From positions 1 to 33,125 of the IMG/VR virus record IMGVR_UViG_3300016665_000337: a stretch of DNA of 33,125 bases; one strand, written 5' to 3'. The position numbers and the translations under genes were made by a program. The notes below the pieces were generated by a model. That model saw only the letters and a list, made by a program, of their open reading frames with translations. It had not been told where the DNA came from and did not search any database. This document shows, piece after piece, positions 8,701-16,317 of the stretch (its first letter is position 1; the number at the start of each line of letters is the position of its first letter). The stretch comes from a virus (taxonomy: Duplodnaviria; Caudoviricetes).

Positions 8701-9136
8701 GCTCCTTTGCGAGCTGCCAAGCCTCTTCCGCCGTCGCGCATTCCCGGACGTCCAGCCCGCCAGCCTCGGGGTTGGTCAGGCGGTCGTCCTCTGAGTCCAC
8801 GCCTGCGGCCTCGTTCCCGTAGGTGTAGAGGCCCAGGAGGCTCGCCACGTTGATCCCCTCCGGATCGCCCGGGTCGGCCGTGGGGAAATCGACGTCGGCG
8901 CCGAGGCCCTGGTAGAACTCGAAGAACTCGGCGTTCGGTGGCCAGAGGTTGCGCGACGCGTCCGGGTTCCGCAGTTGGCGGAACGCCGAGAGCCACCAGA
9001 AGGCCAACCGGAACGCTCCATCCCCAAGGCCCGAGCGGATCCTGGCATTGATCGCGTCGGCCAGCGCGGCGTATTGCGCCGACGTCACCGCGTCGCCCGG
9101 CTCCACGAGCGGGACCCTGGGGAAGACAATGGGCAT
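5762..9136 (-). CDS. Large virion/tail-tip protein (1124 aa)
   Basis: Last large gene of the tail module; start MPIVFP overlaps the upstream TGA; no family motif recognised. Confidence 0.7.
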   Translation of the reverse strand: MPIVFPRVPLVEPGDAVTSAQYAALADAINARIRSGLGDGAFRLAFWWLSAFRQLRNPDASRNLWPPNAEFFEFYQGLGADVDFPTADPGDPEGINVASLLGLYTYGNEAAGVDSEDDRLTNPEAGGLDVRECATAEEAWQLAKEQRGAIVPSSGRMAAPAFDAALEVFSLVSAGITPHGKAYGGWMPTPRIIGGCGDATGNSVETTDYEIKFTRLRDGHVVTYPGTCPANPGDVYRVLDFPLGWYVVKFSGAVDWYSRNEWIEGPYSGGGALKKTHGGHVERIANRFAGEFRGSLEQFRSEVQDGAPWLGNAFDVRRFLTLPYYLAPARALDAGADSLTPVYPTGGGASGVHIAEPGFWFCAALLRASSRAVVAFSNEDGVTVATASTEDGSAVVVPFEAGAKTLTVRVLSGDGVSWELAETLAYRPQVHDLFTVLRIAGARESDGNGTDGSGLTEDGAADLWRAYKAYGCIPRTRAGQFLAGSLATINRNAVFDAARRYSQVVRCIPRANITGYAVEDGKSVVWIQPLARGTVDLLDGITDAIAHEAGPGAYSNEWVGFFQFKAYNPSGTSLWKPDSYSDYFAMSDRCVFATSPLSPNSRTLKTHFNAADPDVANLYLAPEVASGYRYATNLQDAASTLNAAATEPFFRSCRIYEPPVEIESAVRDGAEVKITFTGRLHHHHAFAPASIARDVSTWDLGDLTSDAQDYRTDENALREYIAHVADGSRQCDKTGPGNTGASSSLTGDPDDPFGTCYPHLWLVQLIPKPYDDGGDRQDPEDVPVTADEFAAMETYIRVLCEGNVDGETSREYGCAVGVHSVFDFNLASLCYQAFGRSAFTTLPSLLTDAINPSEAREDGPAGYGPLPTVRLAAETFNQFASAVNLLTRYRVMLPMSLTVTTYQDSGPTRAVQGTRYASGAGADCGAIVTNAGFLWHGDGGSWTPSTFLSGPSPAVSATGERQVVFASDPSYSANCVGSQFSIGNTSREDAYAFEPVDPDALNALPESWRDQISTDGEMLAIVEDRRRVTTWTVTGSPTNCDGATWNTGAGSWEITVTETPVETCRLVPSTGRAVAEDLGNVAIFGAKTSGPATQCDGATYSVGRTLRNILPVDTGALILTVPLK

Positions 9137-9666
9137 CAGGCCGTGACGTTGCCGCCGTTGGCGGCTGCGGGGCCAGTGCTGGCAAGGCTGCCGGATTGCA
9201 CGATTGAAACCTCGACGACGCACGAAGCGCCGGAGTTGCTGCCGTCAAGCGCATGCGTGAACAGCTTGAACGCAGTCGGCCCAGCCGATGCGGTCGGAAA
9301 GCCTCCGGTTCCGGGGAACGAAAATCCAGAACCGGGATGCTCCTCCGGGCCGTAGGAGCACCCGGCGCGCATGAATCCGAGCACGCGGTCCGTTCCGCCC
9401 ATCGTGCCAATGACCATGACGACGCGGTTTGTGTCCGTGGACGTGTTCCGGAATCGGATGACATGGGACTTGGTCAAGTCCACAAGGCCGACGTCAACGG
9501 TGGTCAGGCTCGCGCCGACGGCGACGAGCTGCGTCAGTTGCGTCTGCAAATCCGGCGTCGCGTCCGTCGTCGCAAACTGCTTCGTGGTGCTGGCAGACGT
9601 GATCGTTGAACCGCCCGGCGTCGAGGCGGTCATGTTGCTTTGGAGGGTGATGTTCGAGATTCCCAT
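9136..9666 (-). CDS. Putative minor tail/virion protein
   Basis: Thr/Ser/Gly-rich, beta-type composition; position in tail module. Confidence 0.65.
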   Translation of the reverse strand: MGISNITLQSNMTASTPGGSTITSASTTKQFATTDATPDLQTQLTQLVAVGASLTTVDVGLVDLTKSHVIRFRNTSTDTNRVVMVIGTMGGTDRVLGFMRAGCSYGPEEHPGSGFSFPGTGGFPTASAGPTAFKLFTHALDGSNSGASCVVEVSIVQSGSLASTGPAAANGGNVTA

Positions 9667-9672
9667 GTGATG

Positions 9673-9831
9673 CTAGCCCCAACGGGGCGGTTGGTTGTTG
9701 TTGGACGTGAAAACGGATCGCGTGACGCGGGCAACGACGCCGCGCGTGGTGCGCGAGACGAGCGTGCCGGGCGAGCGGAGCACGGCTTGGAGTTGCTCGC
9801 GGCGGGACTTGGGGCGGGCGGTGGTTCTCAT
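9673..9831 (-). CDS. Small basic tail-module protein (52 aa; not in the ORF track)
   Basis: Own translation: MRTTARPKSRREQLQAVLRSPGTLVSRTTRGVV...PPRWG; ATGA overlap; fills the gap exactly. Confidence 0.6.
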   Translation of the reverse strand: MRTTARPKSRREQLQAVLRSPGTLVSRTTRGVVARVTRSVFTSNNNQPPRWG

Positions 9832-10631
9832 TCGACTAGCTCGTAAAGGAAGCGGTTGAAGTCTTCGGCGTACCAGTATTCGACGGTGTAGGTCCAGCGT
9901 CCATCGGCGGCTTGGCTCGCCTGCGGCGTCTTCTTCTGCCAGTAGCCCGCGAGGGTGTTCAGTTGACCGCTCAGGTTCAACGGAATCAGCGGCTCGGCGC
10001 GGACAAGCGCTGCGAGCGTGAACAGCTTGTTGCAGTCCTCGAAGCCGGGCGAGACGTTGGTAAGCGGCGGAAGGACCATCGTCTTGCGAAGGACGAAGGT
10101 GGCGATTGAGAAGGCTTCCGTGCCCTCCACGAGCGCCTTGATGATCTCGTCGAAGATTTCATCCGTCTTGCCCTCGACGCTTGGCAACCCGGGCGCGACA
10201 GGGTCCGTGGAGATAGCCGCTAGGACTGCCTTGAGTTCCGTGACCGTCTTGCGCGTGTCGGCCGTGTACTCGCCACGGACAAGGGCCTCGATGTCGTGGC
10301 GCATCATGGCCCGGTTTTTGAGGTCGGGGATGCGCGAAAACAGGGCTCGGACAACGGGGAACTGCCAGATGGATTTCTCCAGGTCGTTCCCGTCCAGCGT
10401 CCACGTCGTTGTCAGCTCCGGAGACGATATGGTTGTGACGACCGCAAACGGACTGGCCTCGTCCGGCGAGACCTCCCACGCGTATCCTTGCGCCGCGAGG
10501 GTCGCGGTGAACGCGGGCACGCTCGTCTTGAGCATCCGGAAACGCCGCTGCTGCGTGATGCCCGTGGCCGGGTTGAACGTCTGCGGCGTGGGCAGCTCGA
10601 TGAGGTCGTATGTCCCGAAGTGCGTGATCAT
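9828..10631 (-). CDS. Putative tail protein (distal-tail position)
   Basis: Immediately after the tape measure gene; ATGA coupling. Confidence 0.65.
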   Translation of the reverse strand: MITHFGTYDLIELPTPQTFNPATGITQQRRFRMLKTSVPAFTATLAAQGYAWEVSPDEASPFAVVTTISSPELTTTWTLDGNDLEKSIWQFPVVRALFSRIPDLKNRAMMRHDIEALVRGEYTADTRKTVTELKAVLAAISTDPVAPGLPSVEGKTDEIFDEIIKALVEGTEAFSIATFVLRKTMVLPPLTNVSPGFEDCNKLFTLAALVRAEPLIPLNLSGQLNTLAGYWQKKTPQASQAADGRWTYTVEYWYAEDFNRFLYELVE

Positions 10632-11629
10632 CGGTTGGCGTGCTCCATGTTGGCGCGGATGGCCCGCAGCTCCGTGAGCTGATAGTTGCCGATGGTCACG
10701 AGCTGGCTGCCCATGTCGCCGCGACCGCCGACGAATAGACCGATGCGGGAAAGGGCGTCAGACTGGAGCGCGAGCGGGATGGGGGCGGTGGCTGCAACTG
10801 CGGCGGTGGCAACCTCGGCGGTTGTTGCTGGTGCCTTGGGCTTTTTCAACGGGAGCGGAAGCGGTGAAAGGTCAACGCCCCCAGCGGTGCCTCCAAACGT
10901 CTCGCCGAAGATTGCACGCGTCAACGCGAACGCCTTCCCCTGCTCGTCCAGTTGCCTTCCTCGCGCAACCACCCGCGCCCAATAGCCGATGTCCTCGGAG
11001 CTTGCTGCCACAAGCTCGCGCTTCAACGCCTTGATTTGGTTGTTGGCGTCGTCGATGGCCTTGAGCGCGTCCTCCTCGATGAGCTTGATTCCACCAAGGT
11101 TGTTGAGCTCCACGATGACGTTGCGGATCAACCCCGCCTTTTTTCCGACGAGGTCGAAGAGCGCGGCTTGTTCCTTGGCTCCCTTGCCAGCGGCTTCAAC
11201 TGCCGCCGTGATGACGTCAAGCGCTGAGCCTTGCGACGGGTCGATTCCAAGGGATTCAAAAATCCCCATGGCCTTTTTGTCGCCGGTCGCCGCAGCGGTG
11301 CGCAAATCCTCGACGGTACGCATAGCCGAGGCCATCACGTTGAACTTCACGCCAGCCTTGTCGGCGGCGACTTGCAGCCTTTGCACGTCGTCCGTCGAAA
11401 GTTCCAACTGCTCCGAAAGGTCCTGAATCTCGTCGGCCGTGTCGCGCATCATGTGCATGAACGCCTTGGCTCCGTCCAGGATCGCGCCAGCGGTGAACAT
11501 GCCGGAGAGCCTGCCGTTGATCTCCTTTCCCATGGATTGAAACGCGGCCTCGCCCTTCTTTGCTGCCGCAGCCATGGCGCGCTCGGCCCCGGTCGCGTCG
11601 GCCCCGACCTTGAACAACATGCTCAGCAT
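10628..11629 (-). CDS. Tape measure protein (short, 333 aa)
   Basis: Ala/Gly-rich helical; ADEIQDLSEQLELSTDDVQRLQVAADKAG and FESLGI TMP-type motifs; follows the chaperone gene. Confidence 0.8.
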   Translation of the reverse strand: MLSMLFKVGADATGAERAMAAAAKKGEAAFQSMGKEINGRLSGMFTAGAILDGAKAFMHMMRDTADEIQDLSEQLELSTDDVQRLQVAADKAGVKFNVMASAMRTVEDLRTAAATGDKKAMGIFESLGIDPSQGSALDVITAAVEAAGKGAKEQAALFDLVGKKAGLIRNVIVELNNLGGIKLIEEDALKAIDDANNQIKALKRELVAASSEDIGYWARVVARGRQLDEQGKAFALTRAIFGETFGGTAGGVDLSPLPLPLKKPKAPATTAEVATAAVAATAPIPLALQSDALSRIGLFVGGRGDMGSQLVTIGNYQLTELRAIRANMEHANR

Positions 11630-12228
11630 GGCACCGTGATCTCCCCTCTCGCAATCTTGGCCGCGAACTCCTCGCCCCTGCGGATCAACTCGGCCTCGGT
11701 TTCGTCGTCAACGTCCGGCGGCACCGTCAACGCGCCCTCCATCTCGGCCCACGCGATGTAATCCCAAAGTGCTTGGAGGTACGGCGTCTGATCCACCGTG
11801 GAGGGCGAGTAGTTTAGGCGCGAGAGAAGCACGGCCCGCAACCGCTGGCAAAACGGCACGCCGGACTGCGGCCCGTACTCGCCCTTAGCCTGGGTCGCCG
11901 CGACGCGGGTCTGGTCGTCGAGGTACACGCTCAGGACCTCGACGCCCTTGCGGACCTCCTCCGGGTCGCGCATCCACTCGGCGCGCGTCCACACGATCCA
12001 CCGCATCCACCACGAGGCGCGGCGCCCGTTGAGGCGGCGGTCGGCGACGTGCGCGGGCATCGAGCAAATCCACGCGGCGAGCGCGACCTCGCCGGGCGTG
12101 GTGATGCTCTGGACGCCCAACGAATCGAAGAGGATCGCGTGGCCAACCGTGAAGGGCACGAGGCGGTATCCGAACACGGTGGCCCGCGTCCGCAGGGTCA
12201 GGCGGCGGTAGAGGTCGGCGGCGGTCAC
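11623..12228 (-). CDS. Putative tail assembly chaperone
   Basis: Position between the major tail and TMP genes. Confidence 0.55.
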   Translation of the reverse strand: MTAADLYRRLTLRTRATVFGYRLVPFTVGHAILFDSLGVQSITTPGEVALAAWICSMPAHVADRRLNGRRASWWMRWIVWTRAEWMRDPEEVRKGVEVLSVYLDDQTRVAATQAKGEYGPQSGVPFCQRLRAVLLSRLNYSPSTVDQTPYLQALWDYIAWAEMEGALTVPPDVDDETEAELIRRGEEFAAKIARGEITVPC

Positions 12229-12662
12229 CCGACAGCGGCGTAGTTTGAAATGCCGGAGAACCGCTGGAGCGTCAACGTGTATGTCGCCTTGTCCGAGTTG
12301 CTCTTGCGGTAGCTCGCGGCCGTGCAGATGTAATCTGTGGCCGTCGGGTCTGTGGAGTCCGTGGAGTCAACGATGGTCACCCGCTGGCCCGGCACCGGAA
12401 GGGCATCCCGAAGCGTGCGCGCGTTGGCCAACGTCGCGCCTGTCGGATAGCACTCGATTTCGAGCGTTTGGCTTTGGTTGTACGTGGTGAACCCGTCCAC
12501 CTCGCCGAGGTTGTTCCGGTGCTCCATCGTGTCCGTCGAGCGGGACAGCGATTGCGACGAGTAAATGATGGCCGATGCGTTGGTGATCGCCGTTCCATCC
12601 TTGCTCATGCCCGTCGTGGTGATACCCCACACGACGGCCTTTCCGACGTTTGAAACTGCCAT
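12225..12662 (-). CDS. Putative major tail (tube) protein
   Basis: 145 aa, Thr/Ser-rich; strong GGAGG SD; syntenic position. Confidence 0.65.
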   Translation of the reverse strand: MAVSNVGKAVVWGITTTGMSKDGTAITNASAIIYSSQSLSRSTDTMEHRNNLGEVDGFTTYNQSQTLEIECYPTGATLANARTLRDALPVPGQRVTIVDSTDSTDPTATDYICTAASYRKSNSDKATYTLTLQRFSGISNYAAVG

Positions 12663-12670
12663 GCTGCCTC

Positions 12671-13177
12671 CTAATAGACCGCGACGTCCGCGCAGTAAGC
12701 GCGGAGCGTCAATTCCCGGACCGCCCTACGTTCCTCGAACTCGCGGCGCGAACTGCGCGTCTCGATTCCGATGATGGACACGTCCGTCGTGATTGTGTTG
12801 AGAGTCGCCATCTGCTCGCCGATGTCGTCGTCTGCGGCAAAGCCGAACACCCGCTGAAACTCCTCGTCCAGCCGCGTAAGCTGGTCGGCCTGCACGTTGT
12901 CCGGGTCGAACGGGAAGATGACCTTGAGCGTTACGTCGATGGTCTGGTTACCGAGGTCGTCCTCCTCGCCGTCGCCCGCGACGACAAGCACGGCCGGCAG
13001 GATGGCCTCGGCGTCCGTCTCGCCGGGATGGATGCGGAGGTCAGGTTGGCCCGCCAAGGCCCCGGTGAAGACGAGCACGGTGCCGCGTTGCTCGACGTCT
13101 CCGGTCGCAACGCCTGCGGCGATGTAGCTTCGCGCGAGGAACTCGGCCACGGCCTGCTCGATTTTGGTCTGGATCAT
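12671..13177 (-). CDS. Putative tail terminator
   Basis: Acidic 168 aa, LPAVLV motif; directly upstream of the tube gene. Confidence 0.55.
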   Translation of the reverse strand: MIQTKIEQAVAEFLARSYIAAGVATGDVEQRGTVLVFTGALAGQPDLRIHPGETDAEAILPAVLVVAGDGEEDDLGNQTIDVTLKVIFPFDPDNVQADQLTRLDEEFQRVFGFAADDDIGEQMATLNTITTDVSIIGIETRSSRREFEERRAVRELTLRAYCADVAVY

Positions 13178-14064
13178 ACGGTCCAGTATTTCTTCACGCC
13201 CATGCGCTTCGCCTTGGCCTTCATGGCCATGCTGATCTGCTTGTAGAGGTTGCGGTCGCGATTCCTCATCGCGGCCCGAACGATGCGCAACTCCGCGCCC
13301 GTGGCCTGAATGTAAGGCACGCCGTTGCCGCAGACAACGGACGCCTTGACGCCTTCAACGAACCTGTACACGGATGCTCCGGAGGCCTTGCCCTTGTGCT
13401 TGCGCACCCATGCTGGGCAGTCCTTCGCCGGAAGACCTAGCTGGTCGGCGGCGTGCAACCACCCCGCCTTTGCAATGCCGACGTTCGCCGCCTTGGCGCG
13501 GAACAGCTTGGCCAACCCAGCGTAGCTCGTGACGCCCTTCTCTGTCCTTGCCTTTTCAAACGTCGGCACCGTCCCGCGATGCACCAGGATTCCTCCGAAA
13601 CCCTTGCGCGGCTTGCCTGTCTTGGGTTCCCGCGTCGCGTCAAACGTGGAAGCGTCAGCCATCCGCTCCATGGCAATCGTGCGTTGAAGGGCCTTGCTGC
13701 GCGGGTTCAACCGCTTGATCTCATCGAGGTCTCCGCGCTTTGCGGCCTTCGCGGCGACATTTGCCAGCTCTCCATTGTTGCCATCCTTGTCCGCAGTCAA
13801 CGACCAGAACGAGTTTGCGGGCTTGAAGACGCGCAAGATGCTTTTGCGCACCGCGTCCTTTCCAGCCTGATGTTGCTTGGAGAACGATTCCGCCAACGGC
13901 TTGTAGGGCTTTCTCGTAAACGGCGGCGTCATGCGGATGCAGTCGCGAATGATGAGCCGAGCCTGCCCCTTCACGACTTCGTCCATGGTCTGGCCCATGA
14001 CGTCGGCCAACTTCTGGAGTTGGTTCGTCCAATGCCCGCGATCCAATGAAGCCGTGATCCTCAT
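13174..14064 (-). CDS. Putative tail-completion/neck protein (HK97 gp10-like position)
   Basis: Basic; TPP...VGIAKAGW...NGVPYI motifs. Confidence 0.6.
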   Translation of the reverse strand: MRITASLDRGHWTNQLQKLADVMGQTMDEVVKGQARLIIRDCIRMTPPFTRKPYKPLAESFSKQHQAGKDAVRKSILRVFKPANSFWSLTADKDGNNGELANVAAKAAKRGDLDEIKRLNPRSKALQRTIAMERMADASTFDATREPKTGKPRKGFGGILVHRGTVPTFEKARTEKGVTSYAGLAKLFRAKAANVGIAKAGWLHAADQLGLPAKDCPAWVRKHKGKASGASVYRFVEGVKASVVCGNGVPYIQATGAELRIVRAAMRNRDRNLYKQISMAMKAKAKRMGVKKYWTV

Positions 14065-14435
14065 TGGTTCACGTTTGCGAGCCGCGCGTTGAACTGGTGC
14101 CCGTCGTAATCGAGGCCAACGATGCGCATTTGCTGGCCCAGCACCGTGAGCTTCCGTCCGATGGACAGGCCCACGTCGTCGAGCAACGGCGACCCGGCCG
14201 GGTCCAGGATGGCGTCGCCCGCAGGGTCGAGGAGTTGGGACTGCGTGAGCGCCGCGACCGGGACGAGCAACGTGGCATCCCAATCGAGCGCCAAGCCGCC
14301 GTCAGCAGGCTTCGTGACGTCGGCCCTGCGGTCCACCACGCCGCGCAACGTCGGCCCGCCGTCGAGCGTGAACGACACGCCCATTGCGCTCGTGGCCTTG
14401 GCGAGCCCGGATGCTATGGCGGCGGCGAAGTCCAT
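14061..14435 (-). CDS. Putative head-closure/head-tail joining protein (gpFII-like)
   Basis: 124 aa; GRKLTVLGQQMRIV beta-barrel pattern; position. Confidence 0.55.
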   Translation of the reverse strand: MDFAAAIASGLAKATSAMGVSFTLDGGPTLRGVVDRRADVTKPADGGLALDWDATLLVPVAALTQSQLLDPAGDAILDPAGSPLLDDVGLSIGRKLTVLGQQMRIVGLDYDGHQFNARLANVNQ

Positions 14436-15124
14436 CAGTTCGCCGTGTCCCCGTGGATCATGTATTGCGACGCGGTGAGGCGGCGCGCCTCGACGACGTG
14501 CCACTGCCCGCCCGTGGAAAGATTACCCTGCTTGCCAGAGACCGTGACCCCGGAGCCCGCGAACGTCACCTTGCCCGCGCCACCCTGGACGACGCGGCAC
14601 CACCAACCCGCGACGAGCCCGGCTGGGATCGTCAGCGTGATGTTGCTCGCGCCCGTGTAGTAGAGGGTTTCCCCGTTGTCCGCGTTGGAGACGCTCCGGC
14701 TTGAGGTGAGCGTGTCAACGGCCCCGGTCGTAAACTGCTCGGACACCGTGCCGAAATCCACGCGGCCAACGCTGGCATCGTACAACACGACCGGCTGGCC
14801 AACGGAGAGTCCGCCCGCGTCAACGAACGGCGTGAACAGCTCAAGCGGCCCCATGATCTGAGCGACGCCGTTGAGGTTGAACGACGCCGATCCCGTCGAT
14901 GCGGAAAACGACGTGATCCCCGAGAACGCCATCGTTCGCAGGTTGCCGCCGTCCATGGTGAGGTTGCCAAGGAGCGTGTGGTTGCCTTGAAGGTTCGCGT
15001 CAAAGATGGCCTGCGGCGTGACCTTCTTGCCCGACGGTCCGGTTGCGTCGCGGAGATACAGGAAGTCCGCCGTGCGGTCGATTGCCGACGCGGCAAGCGT
15101 GGCGTATGTCGAGACTTCGGCCAT
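14435..15124 (-). CDS. Putative virion fibre/decoration protein
   Basis: C-terminal ITLTIP...VQGGAGKVTF...GQW...MIHGD domain typical of phage fibre ends. Confidence 0.6.
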   Translation of the reverse strand: MAEVSTYATLAASAIDRTADFLYLRDATGPSGKKVTPQAIFDANLQGNHTLLGNLTMDGGNLRTMAFSGITSFSASTGSASFNLNGVAQIMGPLELFTPFVDAGGLSVGQPVVLYDASVGRVDFGTVSEQFTTGAVDTLTSSRSVSNADNGETLYYTGASNITLTIPAGLVAGWWCRVVQGGAGKVTFAGSGVTVSGKQGNLSTGGQWHVVEARRLTASQYMIHGDTAN

Positions 15125-15126
15125 GG

Positions 15127-15465
15127 CTACTTGGCTTTGACGCGGATGGTGTTGGTGAGGCTCGCCTCGTTGGCGTTCGTGTGAATCTGCCGAAGCGGCG
15201 AAGGCAACGCGCCAATGGTCAGCTTCTCGCGCACGGTTTCCTTGGTCGTGCCGATGCTGGCGTCAACGTCGGACGTAAACGTGGCGTTGGTTGGCACAGC
15301 AACGTAGAAGTTGCGTACAAGCCCGAGCTGAATCTTCGGGGACTGCGGGACGCCGCTGGAGACGTCGAGGCCCAGCACGGTGTTTTTTACGACGACGGAC
15401 TTGCCGACGTTGTTGGCGCACCCGACGAGAGACAGCGTGGCGAGGATGGCGAGGATGGTCTTCAT
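15127..15465 (-). CDS. Lipoprotein (spanin-like candidate)
   Basis: MKTILAILATLSLVG-C signal peptide with lipobox. Confidence 0.65.
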   Translation of the reverse strand: MKTILAILATLSLVGCANNVGKSVVVKNTVLGLDVSSGVPQSPKIQLGLVRNFYVAVPTNATFTSDVDASIGTTKETVREKLTIGALPSPLRQIHTNANEASLTNTIRVKAK

Positions 15466-15617
15466 GCGATGTTGTCCGGAGGTGTTGGTGGGTTGGCAAT
15501 CGGAACGACGGGCGGAGGCGTCCCTGGCGGGCGAGGCTTCGGTGGCCATGGGTCCTGATAGACAGGCTTCTTGGCCGCCATCATGGCGCGCGTCTTGGTC
15601 TTTGGTGTCTTCTTCAT
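15462..15617 (-). CDS. Small basic, proline-rich protein (51 aa; not in the ORF track)
   Basis: Own translation: MKKTPKTKTRAMMAAKKPVYQDPWPPKPRPPGTPPPVVPIANPPTPPDNIA; ATGA overlaps at both ends. Confidence 0.55.
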   Translation of the reverse strand: MKKTPKTKTRAMMAAKKPVYQDPWPPKPRPPGTPPPVVPIANPPTPPDNIA

Positions 15618-15865
15618 CTGCTAGGCTTGGCTGTCTCGAAGCGTGGCGTGACGTGAATTTCGCCAAGCCTTCGCTCGATCATCTCGATGCGCTGCTCCAG
15701 CTTCTGAATCATGACGCCGGTCTGGACCATGTGCGCGTCCAGCTTGCGCTCAATGCCTTGAAGGTTCTGCCATCCCATGATTGCCACGAGTGCAAGCGTG
15801 GTCGTGCTCGCTCCGGTTGCGACGCTGGCCTTGCTGGCCAAGGCTTCCATGGTCTCCTTGCTCAT
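15614..15865 (-). CDS. Small membrane protein (holin-like candidate)
   Basis: One hydrophobic segment followed by a coiled coil; next to the lipoprotein gene. Confidence 0.45.
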   Translation of the reverse strand: MSKETMEALASKASVATGASTTTLALVAIMGWQNLQGIERKLDAHMVQTGVMIQKLEQRIEMIERRLGEIHVTPRFETAKPSR

Positions 15866-16317
15866 TGATTCGCCTCCTTCAACGCATCGCGAAACACCTG
15901 GTCCACCTGCGGGGGCGTCAGCCCAACGGCCGCGCCCAGCGCGTTGACGGTATCGCCGTCTCGCTCGATGACCTCAGAAGCCTCCCACTTCGCCCGCACG
16001 CGCGCAGCGTCGGCGCCGTTGTAAGCCCCAATTGCGGCCTTTATGGCGTCCTCCTTGCCCATGCGCCGGAGGACGAGCAAGAAGGCCCACTTCGGCACGC
16101 TCGCGGGAACGTACTCCTTTTGCGGCCCGGGGTTGGCGATTGCGGCAATGGACTCCTCTGGCGTGCCAACGCACGGCACCGCCAACTGCCCGAGCTCCGG
16201 CACTTCTGGAAAAGCGACGTAACGCATGGGTGGCGCGTCGTCCACCTCGGCGACGGTGACGACGGGGTTGCCTGGGGCGCCCCGAAGCGTGACGGATGGT
16301 GTGAGTGCAATCGTCAT
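15862..16317 (-). CDS. Hypothetical fibre-associated protein
   Basis: C-terminal WE.S..IER....V..LG..VGLT..QVDQVF..A motif common after fibre genes. Confidence 0.6.
   Translation of the reverse strand: MTIALTPSVTLRGAPGNPVVTVAEVDDAPPMRYVAFPEVPELGQLAVPCVGTPEESIAAIANPGPQKEYVPASVPKWAFLLVLRRMGKEDAIKAAIGAYNGADAARVRAKWEASEVIERDGDTVNALGAAVGLTPPQVDQVFRDALKEANQ

Noticed and set aside
11623-12228. Tail chaperone G/GT programmed frameshift
   Set aside because: A single ORF spans the whole tube-to-TMP interval and I saw no convincing slippery site.
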